A DNA stretch of 64,000 bases from assembly GCA_000002445.1 (NCBI GenBank), contig CP000068.1, positions 1,024,001 through 1,088,000 on the forward strand. The letters are read 5' to 3'. This DNA comes from Trypanosoma brucei. Its lineage: Eukaryota. This document shows, piece after piece, positions 40,417 to 53,200 of the stretch (the first letter of the stretch is position 1; the number at the start of each line of letters is the position of its first letter). Position numbers and translations under genes: made by a program. Below the pieces are notes generated by a model, which did not search any database, had not been told where the DNA came from, and worked only from the letters and a program-made list of their open reading frames with translations.

Positions 40417-41354
40417 ATGATAAGATAAAGTGCCTGCACACACCAGTTGCTTTCCAGTTCCTCTTATTTTCCCTATGCCAAAACCTCGCTCACAAATGAT
40501 CTATACTCTCCTCGGTTTGAACGAAACCTCTTTTTTCTCCAGTGTGTCGCAAAGCCAACTCTTGATATATAGTGACAGCAATAATTTTTTTTTTTAAATG
40601 TTTTCTTCCACTACCCAGCTGCTAATACGCAAGCTGTCAATAAGTCCGTAATAATAATAGTAATAACAATGACAACAGCAACTACACGGTGCGCGTAGAA
40701 AAAAGAAACGTTTTTTTTTGACTTTTCCTCTTGCTGTATTTTTTAGTCGTAAGTGTTCAAGTAAAAAACTAAAACAAATAATAATGATAATGATAACAGT
40801 AACCTTTAACCACACAGTAAACGATAACAAACAAACAATAATAACAACAGCAATAGTAAGTCCTTAGATGTGACAACCCTGATGGTCCCTGGTTTCTTTT
40901 ATTTCCTTAAGCGAGAAAACACACAACGTGTAAAGAGAAAAAGTGGAAACAAATTGAAGAAAGGGTTGTAAATAGTAAGAGGGATATGTTTCAAAAAAAA
41001 AAGGCAATGATGCGCGATACTGGGAAGCGTGGGGAGCCACAAATTACCTGATCGCAGCCTCGGTGGCGAACATGCCTACGAAAAAGGCGGTACAGTGGGG
41101 AGAAACCTATCGCGGGTAGTAGTTTGTAAAACAACAAAAACAACAGAATGAAAGGTAAAGAAATAGGGATCAGATGTACCACACTGAAGCATATGAAGCC
41201 TCCCCCCCTCCTCCGTTAAAAACAAAGGAAGGCGCGACAAGAGGCACGAAGAAATAATTCACGTCGTGAATAAATTTACCTCTTTTCATTATTACCGGTC
41301 ATATTACGTCAGCTTGTTTTTCCGACAACGCCACGACCGCAAATAACTCAACCT

Positions 41355-42590
41355 TTACCTGTAAACAGGATCCCGATTAGCCCAACTGTATGTCTTTGAT
41401 TTAATGTCCGCCACCGTCTGACCTTTATTGTACTGTCTACCTCGTAGAATGTAACCTGACAGCCAATATTTCGTCTTGACGCAATTGCGCGGGTGGATCC
41501 GCCAGTCTAACGGCACCAACAAGTTTGAAGAACCACCATTACCTCCACCAGCAGGGTGACTGGAAACCCTTTTTGTTTTGGAGTGTACTTTCGGTCGGTG
41601 GGGCATATACTCCTCCACGTTCCTCTTACCGAAGTTTCGCTGGTAGCGATACATCACACCTGCCCGACGACCGAACACCGCATGACACTCATTATCAAAG
41701 AGACGCACCTCCTTGGAGGGAAGGAGTAATGGAACAAGATTGGGTTCCGCGCCACGCAGCACAACCGCCGCGGCGCCACTTGCACGGCAAATGACACCTC
41801 CGTGGCCGGGGTACATCTCAACCGAGTGCAGTTCCTTGCCATAAGTCACTTCACTAAGCGATACAGTTTGCCCTATCGTCGGTAAACCGCTGCTAGATCG
41901 TTTGTTGTAACATATTCGTGGAAGCTGCTTGTACGTAAGAAGCTCAGCAACGTACGCACCATTAGCGTAAAGGAAGAAACCAACAAACTTCTTTTTCCTT
42001 GGCAGGTGCACAATGCACGCAAGCCATTTGGGGACACGTTTTTGTGGTTTGTGATTCACCATAATTCTATACCCCCAAGAGCGTTCCTCCACACGGCGGT
42101 AATGTCCCATCACCACTTTACTTCCTGGGTTCGTTCCCGAGCGGTGCCCCCAGTAATCGCGGCTGGAAAACCCTTGCCAATCGTAATACAGGGGTGTATA
42201 TATCATCATATTTGCATTCACCTGAAATGGAGACCAAATATCCTTCTGCAAAAGTTGCTGCGAAAAACCATGGTCTGGGGACCGCACGTATTCCAGTCGA
42301 AGCGTCATGGGCGGGCCTTCCTTGAAGACACCGAAGTCATCGGTGTAGCCATCATACATTTCGGTATGCTTAATTTGTACATCCTTTCCTGCCTCCAGTT
42401 TTGGTTCTGTACCGTAATGTTGGCTACCTTGCTTACCTATTGGATTCGATAGTTTTACGCCTCGCTTTGAGCCGCACAGAACGACGGGTAGAAGTGTTGA
42501 CAAGTCAGAAACCGCTGCCGTGCGGGCAGCTACTGACCGGTGCAGGACATTTCCATATATCAACGTAATGGGGCGTCGCCATGTTGCCAT
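41355..42590 (-). CDS. Divergent ribosomal protein uL2 (L2 family), probably the mitoribosomal large-subunit protein.
   Basis: The first displayed codon is GTG, and the ATG is at residue 4 (MATWRRP...). L2 C-terminal domain blocks: LHSVEMYPGHGGVICRASGAAAVVL (compare VHNVEMKPGKGGQLARSAG), VRLFDNECHAVFGRRAG, and SHPAGGGNGG (compare HPHGGGEG). The long divergent N-terminus suggests an organellar form. Confidence 0.7.
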   Translation of the reverse strand: MATWRRPITLIYGNVLHRSVAARTAAVSDLSTLLPVVLCGSKRGVKLSNPIGKQGSQHYGTEPKLEAGKDVQIKHTEMYDGYTDDFGVFKEGPPMTLRLEYVRSPDHGFSQQLLQKDIWSPFQVNANMMIYTPLYYDWQGFSSRDYWGHRSGTNPGSKVVMGHYRRVEERSWGYRIMVNHKPQKRVPKWLACIVHLPRKKKFVGFFLYANGAYVAELLTYKQLPRICYNKRSSSGLPTIGQTVSLSEVTYGKELHSVEMYPGHGGVICRASGAAAVVLRGAEPNLVPLLLPSKEVRLFDNECHAVFGRRAGVMYRYQRNFGKRNVEEYMPHRPKVHSKTKRVSSHPAGGGNGGSSNLLVPLDWRIHPRNCVKTKYWLSGYILRGRQYNKGQTVADIKSKTYSWANRDPVYR

Positions 42591-42921
42591 TTGAACCACT
42601 TGTAGCGCCTGTACACTGCTAAGGAAAAGATATATATTTACATGTTACGTGGAAAGAGAAAAAATAGAAAGGGAAAATAATTGTATGCAATAAACAGTGA
42701 GTAGACGAGCCTGTGCAGGTAAACATGCATACACATAGCGAAAAAGACAAAACGACATGGCAATCAAGCAACAAACACAACGGAAAACACCACGAATCAC
42801 AAGGAATATGAGTACCATCTTCTCATAATTTTGTTTGCAAAACTCTCACGTGTGAAGAGAGTAGTGGGAACATTAGATAGAGAGAGAAGGGACGGTGCGT
42901 GAGTGATACATCACATTGCTA

Positions 42922-42946
42922 ATATATATATATATATATATATATT
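42922..42946. repeat. (TA)~12 microsatellite. A second run is at 43163-43184.
   Basis: The run is directly visible in the sequence. Confidence 0.9.
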
Positions 42947-43227
42947 CGCTTGTTATAATTAAAAACAGGAAGCAGGAAAACAAGAACTATTACACATAAA
43001 CATTTGACAAAAAAAAAGTATTATAGGACAAACGGGAGGTACAAGTTAAAAAAAAAAACAGAAAAAACAACGCAAAATAGAATAGATAGACACACAACAT
43101 TAATAAAAAGGAACGTACAAAAAGCGAGAGAACAAAAAAAAAACGCCAGTGCTCACACACATATACTATATATATATATATATTATATGAAGCATCGGAA
43201 CAATTCCGTGCTATCCCCAGGCTTAAG

Positions 43228-44928
43228 TTACCTTTGTAATGATGGCGACTTCGTGATGCGCAGTTCTATAGTCAGGCGACTCCCACTAAGTTCGCGCGCA
43301 GTTTCACAACCCAAAACACCACTTTTTCCGGTATGAGTAGTGCTGGCGCTGCTGTCACCCCCCTCGAGGGAAGATTCAACTGCCGCCATAGGTACTGCAG
43401 TTTCGGTAGCAGCAATACAGCAGTTCGCATCGGCACCACTACCGGAAATCCCCGAAGAAGATAGAAGTGGAAGTCCAGTGAAGAGTGCATATGTGGAAGC
43501 GGTACAATTCACAACAAAGGCGTTACCACCAGGTGTCGAGTCTCCATTAGTACACCATTCACTACCGCATTCATTACTAACCTTGATTACGTCGCGACGC
43601 TCATTTGTCCTTGGCATAACGATAGAATCATTGCGCAACGCAAGCTCAGCGGAGCGAGCAGGATGCCACTCTACAGGTACGAAGTTGGTGGGGCCACCAT
43701 TTTTCTCACTGGGGTTTCCTTTTCCATCAACCGAACTCTCAGACGAATTAAGCGACTCCTTCGGTGTGGTTGTCACTTCCCGCACCAAATGAGTTAAAGG
43801 TCGTGCTGTTTGCTTTCCCGGGCTTGGTTGCTTTTGAAAGAACGCATTTGTGCATATAAAAATATTTCCCGCTTCTTCCGTTGAACCCCCTTTTGAGCCG
43901 CCCAGTGAGTTCTCTTCCGCACTCTCCAGCTTTACAGTTGTTTCCCGATGGTTATCAAACGAGGCGCCCTGTGATTTACCACAGCGATCCGAATAATGGC
44001 TGAACAACGCGCTAACGAAACACACGGAGAAGTTAGACAACGAATGCTCCTGCGGTTCTTCTTGCACGTCACGTACGTTTTCTGGTTTTGCCTGTGAACT
44101 TATGATAAGTGCTCCCTTCGTATGAGCCTCCGTTACACAATGAAGTGCATCTTTACATGAGTGCACATGCAACAGCTCGTAGTACGTTTGAAGGGAAGGA
44201 TGCCCTTCTTCCAATACCGCTAGCGTTGCCTTAACTTCCTCATCCGTTAACTCCTCTTCAGTAACAGGAGGTGGACCATCATGCCTCTCCTCGCTGCACA
44301 CGCCGATACCGGTTGCACTACTTTGTAGCCTCCCTGGGCAAGTGTTATGGCTGATGCCAAACTCGTCAGTGCTGTACGTTTCCCTCCTCGCCAAATGCGA
44401 AACGCTAGATCTCCGCCTAAGGTCAGCACCTATGGACATTCGTCGTTGGCTACTCCCAACAGAGCCGTCTTTAGAGACAGTACTCAGTCTCCGTTTCAGT
44501 ACAGAGTTTTTATTGCCATTACCGCTACCATTGTCCGAAAGGGGCAAACTCCACTCCCGCCGCCCAAAGGCACCATTGGACACGAGGCTCCCTCGTGGTT
44601 TGCCCAAATGCCCCACGGAACTTCTTACGCTACTTCCTCGGCTGCTACTACCTTCGCGCGGATGAGTAGTGCTTGAGGCCCTCGCTAACATACCGGACGG
44701 ACAAATCAGCGGGTCAACATGCCGTACAAACGTCACTTCTCTGTCTTCCATTGCACTACTGGTTGCCTCAATAATTCTCGTTGAAAGGTCTATCACACGG
44801 TCCACAAGTTTGTTGAACTGGCGCTGCACAAGGTCCACATGACCGTTGGCGATTGCGGTGCGCGTAATATCCAAAATGGACTCACATTCCCCAGGTTTTA
44901 AGCCTGGAGAATTCCCTGTAGTGTCCAT
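43228..44928 (-). CDS. Hypothetical Ser-rich protein, 566 aa, probably largely disordered.
   Basis: ORF with a verified ATG (MDTTGNSPG...). Confidence 0.55.
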   Translation of the reverse strand: MDTTGNSPGLKPGECESILDITRTAIANGHVDLVQRQFNKLVDRVIDLSTRIIEATSSAMEDREVTFVRHVDPLICPSGMLARASSTTHPREGSSSRGSSVRSSVGHLGKPRGSLVSNGAFGRREWSLPLSDNGSGNGNKNSVLKRRLSTVSKDGSVGSSQRRMSIGADLRRRSSVSHLARRETYSTDEFGISHNTCPGRLQSSATGIGVCSEERHDGPPPVTEEELTDEEVKATLAVLEEGHPSLQTYYELLHVHSCKDALHCVTEAHTKGALIISSQAKPENVRDVQEEPQEHSLSNFSVCFVSALFSHYSDRCGKSQGASFDNHRETTVKLESAEENSLGGSKGGSTEEAGNIFICTNAFFQKQPSPGKQTARPLTHLVREVTTTPKESLNSSESSVDGKGNPSEKNGGPTNFVPVEWHPARSAELALRNDSIVMPRTNERRDVIKVSNECGSEWCTNGDSTPGGNAFVVNCTASTYALFTGLPLLSSSGISGSGADANCCIAATETAVPMAAVESSLEGGDSSASTTHTGKSGVLGCETARELSGSRLTIELRITKSPSLQR

Positions 44929-45860
44929 GACTTGATTCCCTGTTACTGTGGTGTGTTCAAATTTATTTATTTATTTATTAATGCAGAAGCAGTAACTCAA
45001 CCCAGAGAAAAGGAATATGCTGCAAAAAAAAAAAAGAGGGTAACCTATGCAAGGAAGGAACGAGGGAAGCTATGTGAAAAGGTGAAGTTATATGCCAAGA
45101 TGAAAAATGAAAGAGATTACATTGTAGATACGGGTTAATGGTAAATCCAGCAACGTAAATGTTGGAAGTGTTCGTAGCTATGTGCATAAAACGCAGATCA
45201 CTAACTAATCAGGTGTAGTAAACAATTTTTATTTACTTAGCTCTCCCTTTCTCTTCTTTTTATCCATTTCTTCTTCCCTTTCTCTCTAATATAACTGCAT
45301 GACAAGCGCAACTAATCGGCGCAACAAAGTGTGGGGGAAAGCTCGAATGCTCAATATATAGACACATTCCGATTGTCAACGTACACGTATATGAATACCA
45401 TATGCCACCACAACATGCGTAACAACATAACAATATATGAACAAAAATAATGCACATTTTCCCGATACCCCCTCCCCACTGTGAAGTAAACCACTACAGT
45501 CTATTTCAACCTCCTAAAAGGAAATCAAGTAATGCTTCCTTCGATTCTTCAACCTGTGTCAGCCAGATACAAAACAACGAAAACGTTTTGTATGCAAATA
45601 TATTAAAATATAAAACGTCTACGCAACGCACATGCCCTTGGTATCGGTGACACTCGTAGACATCACTTGTGCACAGCGAAACGGAGCAAAGTGAGTGCCC
45701 TGTGTATGAATAATACAGTAAAAAAAAAAAATGGTCCAATCTGCCTTCCGTCTCTTGTTTCCCTCGCTGTGTTCTGCTATTGTTGGCCTCCCACATCACA
45801 CACCAACGGCATTGGCTACGTGTAATGACCAATACAAAACTGCGCATTTAAAAAAGAATG

Positions 45861-47684
45861 TTACTGGAAGCCGAGCTGTCGCTTCACCACGGTGATGCGT
45901 TCACGGTCCATCATGTGCCGCGCTTCCAACTCTAATATCCGTTGACGCCGCTGACGTGCGGCTTCGTCCCGAGGTGAGGAATACTCCCGCCGGCGAGCTT
46001 CCGAGGGAGACGAATCGCTACTGCCGGCAGGTTTCTTGGAAGTGGCCGGCACTATACGGGGTAAATTGCGAGCATATTCCAGTGCGCGGGCCCTTCGCTG
46101 CTGTGCCTGAACACGCTCGGGTGGGGGCGGCTGTCGAATCACAGCCGTTGCCTCCGTCGCGGCGGCCGACTGAGCGCCATCCTCTTCATTGTTACTTTTC
46201 TGCTTCTGTAGCTGCGCCCGTTGTTGCTTTTCACGGATATCTTCTATTATGTGCTGTTCAGCTTGGACTCCATACTCACGTTGCCGTTGCATTCGCCTTC
46301 TCGCCTCTTGCCGCTCCTCAGTGTCCACAAACCCAAGGCTGCCAAGCTTGCGATTTGCTACCTCCTCCATCAATGCCTTGTACTCCTTCAGACCATGCGG
46401 TTTGTACGTTATGGTTCTTTTCTTCTCAGTCTCTTCTGCTCCATCACCAGTAGTATCCCCCCTTTCATCAGTGTTGGTGGTGGTGGTAAAACTGTTCACC
46501 GCGTACGCGCTGTTATTCAGCGGTGTCTGTTTCAGTGGCTGTAGTCGCCTAGGGTGCGATGCCGGTCTTCGGTGCTGATCATTACCAGATATCTCTTTTG
46601 CACGCTGCGGCTTTGGAAGTATCGGGGTATCACCTACTCTCATCTTATCTTCGCCTCCTGGGTTTGAAGCACTTGTAGACCTTGCAGGGCTCGAAAAGGG
46701 CTTCCTGTGCTTATATGAAGCATTCTCTGACATGTCTTGAAGAAGCTTTCCCATTGGTTGGTACATAGGAGGTACAATCGCATCGCCGCGCAACGCGTTC
46801 GCTTGTTTACCGTCTTCACTGCTTTGGGGAGAAGCGCCACAACCGCCTTGGCGATTCTCAACTTGGCCGCTGATGCCACCACACCGATTGGGAGAGTCCC
46901 CAGGAGTTAGTGAAACCTCCGCCACCTTCGACGGTTTAGGCATAAGGGATGTGGAGTAACCATTTACAATGCGCGGCCGAACTTGAGTCAAAGGGTGTGG
47001 CGCCAGGTCGGGTCTTTGTGCAACTCCCAAGGAATCAGCTATCGGGCGGGCAGGGCCACGAGAGGGCGATGGGTTAATATTAGAGCTGGTACGATCAGCA
47101 ATGAAAGAGCTCAACGGATCAGCGGTGCCGTTTCCTCCACAAGACGGAATATTCGAGAGAGAAAGCAGCTGCGGCCGGGGTGGCAGGGCCATCGGTTCAT
47201 ACATAATGTTGTCTTCGACACTCGGGCATGTCGACGGCTGCACGGCAGTCGCGCCAACGAGTGCACCGCTACTTACGGTATCCGCTGAATCATTCAGCGG
47301 TCGTTGTACCGTTCTGTCCTTACAAAGCACAGCACCTTGTCGAGCAACAACAGGGCACGGACGGTGCAGCTGTCCTCTTGTAGGTCTTTTTGCCACTTCG
47401 TCTGGTGCACGAATACCTCCCACTATAGTTGGTTTGCCACCCATATATTCGGGTGCTTTGTGCTTTTGATCTATTATACCCGCAGCCAGCGGACCATTCT
47501 TCGCAACGGGAGGCACTTTCAGTGACTTGACTGGTCCCGCTGTGATCAACTGCGCGTTGCTACCGTCCTTCCCGATGATTACTGCACGGTTTTGAAAGTG
47601 CAGCTGAAACGCAGAGGGAGGAGGCGGCACGTTTTGTCGGTCCTCCGGAGGGTCCCAAACATCCCTGTCTCTCCGCACCATCAT
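45861..47684 (-). CDS. Hypothetical Pro/Ser-rich protein, 607 aa, with a charged and probably helical C-terminal ~150 aa (KPHGLKEYKALMEEV...RQREYG...).
   Basis: ORF with a verified ATG (MMVRRDRD...). Confidence 0.55.
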   Translation of the reverse strand: MMVRRDRDVWDPPEDRQNVPPPPSAFQLHFQNRAVIIGKDGSNAQLITAGPVKSLKVPPVAKNGPLAAGIIDQKHKAPEYMGGKPTIVGGIRAPDEVAKRPTRGQLHRPCPVVARQGAVLCKDRTVQRPLNDSADTVSSGALVGATAVQPSTCPSVEDNIMYEPMALPPRPQLLSLSNIPSCGGNGTADPLSSFIADRTSSNINPSPSRGPARPIADSLGVAQRPDLAPHPLTQVRPRIVNGYSTSLMPKPSKVAEVSLTPGDSPNRCGGISGQVENRQGGCGASPQSSEDGKQANALRGDAIVPPMYQPMGKLLQDMSENASYKHRKPFSSPARSTSASNPGGEDKMRVGDTPILPKPQRAKEISGNDQHRRPASHPRRLQPLKQTPLNNSAYAVNSFTTTTNTDERGDTTGDGAEETEKKRTITYKPHGLKEYKALMEEVANRKLGSLGFVDTEERQEARRRMQRQREYGVQAEQHIIEDIREKQQRAQLQKQKSNNEEDGAQSAAATEATAVIRQPPPPERVQAQQRRARALEYARNLPRIVPATSKKPAGSSDSSPSEARRREYSSPRDEAARQRRQRILELEARHMMDRERITVVKRQLGFQ

Positions 47685-48089
47685 CTGTTATGTAAAATAT
47701 ACGTGAATACAGACATAAAAAAGCAAGATGAGGGGAGAGGAAATATGCAAGTAACATATATTTTCTTTTAAAATGAAACAGAAAGAACACTTCTTCAAGA
47801 AAGTAAGAATTTACCATTATCGGAAGGAGTTGTTGCCGTCTCGAAAACAGAAAAAAAAGTTAAAAACACCAACCATGTCAACAATGACAAAAAAAACATG
47901 AAACACTGATCGGCGAAATACATAAGTAAACCTCAACAAAAAATATATATACGAGAAGCGTACGGCAGAATGTTGAGTAACAACCAGCATACTGGAAAGA
48001 GTTCCCAAATGCGATTCTTAAAGTTCCCCTCCCTCCCTCACACGTACAAACAGAACCGCTGCCATTGAATGTTGCTTCCACATGCACGA

Positions 48090-48446
48090 TTATTGTGATA
48101 CGGTTGAGCCCGGTGTGAGGCAAAACTTCATGGCGGCGTCTAATCGGGCAATGCTGCGTGTTTGCTCCACATTTTGCAACTCCAACCTACGAACGGAGGC
48201 ATCGCGTGCTTTGATATCACGTGCCCAGTCCTCCTCCAGTTCCTTCATTAGCGCGCGGCTCTTCGCGAAGGCATTTTCCGATACCGCTTGGCACTTCTCC
48301 CGTGATGCACGCAGCGTAGCGGATGTGGAACGGGTGTACCACATGTAAATGAATGCATTGACACAACCAGTTGCAACACATACACCCAGCAAGGGGTTTG
48401 TACGCAGCGGCTCAAGGAGAGTTTTACAGAGCGCGCTATTTACCAT
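48090..48446 (-). CDS. Possible small protein, 118 aa from the first ATG, with an N-terminal hydrophobic helix followed by a coiled-coil-like region.
   Basis: The track ORF begins with GTG, and its first 27 codons are read through a poly-C10 tract (GGG codons). The first ATG gives MVNSALCKTLLEPL.... Coding status is uncertain. Confidence 0.3.
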   Translation of the reverse strand: MVNSALCKTLLEPLRTNPLLGVCVATGCVNAFIYMWYTRSTSATLRASREKCQAVSENAFAKSRALMKELEEDWARDIKARDASVRRLELQNVEQTRSIARLDAAMKFCLTPGSTVSQ

Positions 48447-50067
48447 TGTATTGAGACTTTTCAAATTCAGTGCAGCGTGACAGTATTCTGATATGCTTCT
48501 TTGTGAACGTCCCCCCCCCCTTGTCACAGAACAAATACCTCGCTATGCAACAATAAATCACCTCGTCGTCACTTGTTTGACACAACGCCAACAAGATTAA
48601 CAATGACAAGTAAAAAATATTCGGCGCGCTTAATTCAAGTTTAAACCTGAGAGTAGTGCTTTATTTATTTTTTTTTTACAGGTCTTGTTTCCTTCCGTAT
48701 ATCCCGATTTCTACCACTTACTACTACTAGCACCTATATCCAGTGCTTTCTCAAATGATATATGTCAAATCTATTCAGTTACTAATGACTGTAAAGTATG
48801 TGCGTGTCTGTTTGAATGATTTCCACCCGCGAAGCTAGAGCAGTAACAACCAAAAAAGGGAAAAGCGGAAAAGAAAGTAGAACATCGGTTCACCACATGC
48901 GCTAAAACGGCCATACATAAAGAGAGGAAAACGTTAGAGAACCTCTGACGGTGCCAACAGCGGCGATAGAAGAAGAGGTGAATACGTGAGCTCAAAACCT
49001 TTGCAATATGATCACATTAAATAACATTTTAAGTGACGAAGAGGAAAACACACTAACGACAACACGGGGACACGCGCACAAGCCGACACATAGGGGAACA
49101 AACGAACGAAGAAGGTAGGCGAATCTCAGTGGATGCTTCACATACTTTCAAAAACCAAATACCTCTGTTGTATTCTTGTCCTCCTTTCTTCTGTTGCTAA
49201 TAGATCATATCTCCTTATCCCTTCAATATTCAACTGCTACTGCCTCATCACTCTCTTGATTGTTGGATCCCTTGGGGCTATTTCCCCTTCTTTTTTTTCG
49301 TAGAAATTACCCCCTCTATTTTTATTTTCAACCATGAGTTTCAAAAATCAGTTGCGTCACCAGGTGGTAAAGCAACCCGCACGCCGCAGCGTTACCCTTC
49401 ACAACCCTTTTCCTCACGCAAACACCACACTCCTCGCCTCTAAAAAAAAAAGTCCCTTACCGTCCTTAAAATTATTTCCTTTCTTAATAATTAAGTCCCT
49501 TTTACTTTCGGTTTCCCTCTCCCACACCCCTCCTGCTTCGATCCCCCCTCCTTCGATATTCCACTCTGTTCCCCGCCATATTCTACTTTCATGACATTTG
49601 CTTTTATTTATCATTTCTATTACTCTCTCCTTTTCCTATTTTCGATTGATGACGAATACAACGTGCTCGTGCCCTCCACTTCCAAAACTCGCTACTGCCC
49701 TTCTCCCTCTCTTCACAATAAAGAGAAGGGGTAAAACAAAAACGAGTGGAGAAAATAAGAACAACAACAACTAGCGGCAAGTAGAAGGGAAGGAATACAA
49801 CACAACACCGAACATTACATCAGTGATGCGGAACGCATTAATAAATCTAAAAAGGAAGTTGAACGGTGGGGCAGTGACGGTTAGGGGAGATGGTGGGAAG
49901 GAGGGAAGAACAGGGTAACGCAAACCCCTCCGATTGGGAAATAAAAGGATGATTCGAAGGCAACAAAGACAAAAAATTAACCACGGGTTTTCGCACACCA
50001 TAATCACAAAGACAGCAAGGTGACACGGATTAATCGATGTAGCGAGAAAACGTGCACAACCGTCCGT

Positions 50068-50073
<6 letters not shown>

Positions 50074-50099
<26 letters not shown>
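50074..50099. repeat. (TA)~13 microsatellite, ~100 nt downstream of the SERCA stop.
   Basis: The run is directly visible in the sequence. Confidence 0.9.
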
Positions 50100-50203
50100 A
50101 CCAAAGTCACAGAAGAAGTAACAGTTAAAAGACCAGGGAGAGGGAGCGGACTCCCTCGGGTTAACATTTAGGTGCCGGCATTGCCCTAAATAAGAAACTA
50201 ACC

Positions 50204-53200
50204 CTAGTCCTTCTTCTTTTCCTGGGCCTTCTCCATACGCCGCGTAATAAACTTCAGCAATTCATCAAGAAAGATGACTGGTACGCTAAACACAATCACC
50301 GCCTTCCAGTCATCAAAGTTTGTTGGGGTGAGAATACTCCACGGCTGTGCCTGTTGCACAACATGCGGATCTACTCCGAGTGGCACAATGTTGAACAGCT
50401 TGGCAAAGAACGGCACGTACATTATGATTAGGTGCAGAGAAAGAGATGAAAAAATAGCGAAAAGAAGCCACACATTGCTGCTTGGTCGGGACACGATGAG
50501 CGAGGCATTTTCGCTCAGTGCATTCAGTGCGTTCAACATCTCAACCACGACGAGAATGGAGAGGGCGATGGCTCTCGCCGTCTGCGGGTTAGCAAGAAGC
50601 AAGCAAGTGCCGTTCGTCATGTCACTGCATGCCGTGTACGTGGTTAAGTCATGCCAGCTGAAGCCATGTCGCAGGAACCACCAAAGGAACCCACCGACTG
50701 TAGCCAGTCCAACGTATACACCAATAACCATGTAGCGCATAAACAACCAGCCGTTCACAATCGGCTCTTCCATGCGGCGCGGCCTCTGCTCCATGATGTC
50801 GCGGTCTGGAGCATTGAAGCCAAGGGCAGTTGCGGGAAGACCATCTGTAACAAGATTTACCCACAGGAGTTGCACTGGTGAGAGCGCCTCAGGTAAACCG
50901 AAGAGGCCTGTTACAAGGATGCACACAACCTCACCAATGTTACTGCTGATAAGGTACCGGATGAACTGTTTTGTGTTGTTGTAGATGGCTCGTCCTTCTT
51001 GCACCGCTTTGACAACGGTGGCAAAGTTGTCGTCCGCAAGGACCATTTTACTCGCTGATTTCGCCACCTCGGTTCCACTTCCCATGGCAATACCAATATC
51101 TGCCTTTTTGAGTGCCGGAGCGTCATTTACACCATCACCTGTCATAGCGCAAATGAGTCGCTCATCCTTCAGTAGTTGCACAAGCTGCATCTTGTGGGAT
51201 GGATCCGTGCGACTGAAAAGTACGGCTGTCAATACTGCTTCACGTTTCTGCGCCGGTGTCATTGCATCGAGCTCTTGTCCCGTATAACTCAGCCCAGTGG
51301 TGTCCGCTGTAGAAGACAATAGTCCCAGTTTGCAGCAAATCGCTTCCGCCGTCTCCTTGCGGTCTCCAGTGATGACGACAACACGGATGCCCGCGGTGCG
51401 GCACTTCACGATAGCATCGCGCACTTCCTCACGTGGCGGGTCAAGCATACCGCATGCACCAACAAATGTAAGGTCAGATTCGACATCCTCGAAAGTTGCA
51501 GGATCGTTCAGGCGCAGCTGCTGAACTGCCTTTGTCGGTTTAAAGGCAAATCCAATGCAACGAAGAGCGTTGGCACCACCTGATATTTTGTCCAATTGTT
51601 CTATAATGCGCTTCCGGTGTGTGGCATTGAGTTGTACAACGGCACCATTGTCCTGCATGACGTGTGTGGAACGACGCAAGACCTCTTCCGGTGCTCCCTT
51701 CACAAAAAGATTGTTTGTGCTTGAGGCCGGTGATCCCGTTACTGTGCTTGTGACGTGCACACTCATCGACTTACGCTTGCGCGTGAACTCCAATGTGGCA
51801 TTCTTTTTCCATTTCCCCTCGCAAAGTGTACGGAAGGCGTTTACCGCAGAGTCACCTTTTATATTTGCGAATTTCTCACTCATTACCAAAAGGGCTGCCT
51901 CAGTCGCTTCGCCAATCTTCTCAACCTGACCTGTGGCTGCGTTGTGGTGCAGGGATGCATCGTTGCAAAGCACAGCGATGTTCGCAAGCTTGGTGAGGGC
52001 ACCATCTTGCTCCAGCGGTGAACTCACTTGCCTTCCTTCGCATGTCACAGAGTTTGACACAATGTTAAACCTGGAGTCTTTCAACTCATATTCCTTGATG
52101 CTTCCGTCCCCCTTAAGAGTAAAGGCATGCAAAACAGACATCATGTTCGTTGTAAGTGTTCCCGTTTTATCCGAGCAAATGACAGTGCAGCGACCCAGTG
52201 TCTCTACGCTTGGAAGATCCCGTACCAAGGCATTGTGCTGCGCCATCCGTCGAGTCCCCAGTGCCAAGCAAGTTGTCACAACCGCGGGAAGACCCTCGGG
52301 AATAGCCGCAACCGCAAGTGCAACGGCAACTTTGAGGCAGTGCACACTAGGCTGAATGTACCGCGTGAAAAACGTCTCATTCTTTGTGGGTTTATGGGTT
52401 GCGTACCAGCGCACCAGGTTAACGGCGAACACAACAAGACAAATATACCCAATGACCTTCGACAAGAGCACACCAAACTCATCCAGTTTAACCTGGAGTG
52501 GTGTCTTTACTTCCTCCTGCTCACGCACGTCGCGCTCAATCGTTCCGATCTCTGTCGAGGCACCAGTGCGAACGACTACACATAGCGCTTTGCCGTAAAC
52601 GATAGCAGTACCGCTGTAAACCATACAAGCTGGAAACCGCTCCTGTCGTCCTTTCACTGCTTCGATTTGTTTCATCGCCTCCACGGACTCACCATTAAGA
52701 ATAGATTGATCAGCGCGGAGTGTCGTGCTATGTAACTCCACAACACGCATATCTGCAGGGACTCGATTGCCAACAGCAACCTCAACGAGATCGCCTGGAA
52801 CCAACTCCTCCGCATTAACGGTTTTGATGTCTCCATCACGAAGAACAACGGCGGTTTTAGGCACAAATGATTTGAGCGCTTCAATAGCCCCCTCCGCACG
52901 GTTCTCCTGCCAAACCCCAACGGTAGCATTGAGAATGAGAATGAGTAAAATGATGAACGGCTCTACAAAGTCTGCGGCGTTATTCTCCACAACGGCCATG
53001 GCAAAACTTACTGTCGCGGCCAACAGAAGAATACGGACGAGCGTATCTTCAAACTGGGCCAGCACTAGCTTCCAAAATGGTGTTGGTGGTTCACTTGGCA
53101 GTTCGTTTATTCCAAACGCTTGGCGACGTTCCTCCACCTCGTTGGAACTCAGTCCAACCTTCGTATCTACACGCAACGCAGCCGCCACCGCCGCAGGTGT

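Noticed and set aside
48447-48527. N-terminal 27 codons of the 145-aa ORF (MTRGGGRSQRS...)
   Set aside because: It starts at GTG and is encoded across a poly-C10 tract, so it is an artefactual extension. Even the trimmed 118-aa ORF is low confidence.
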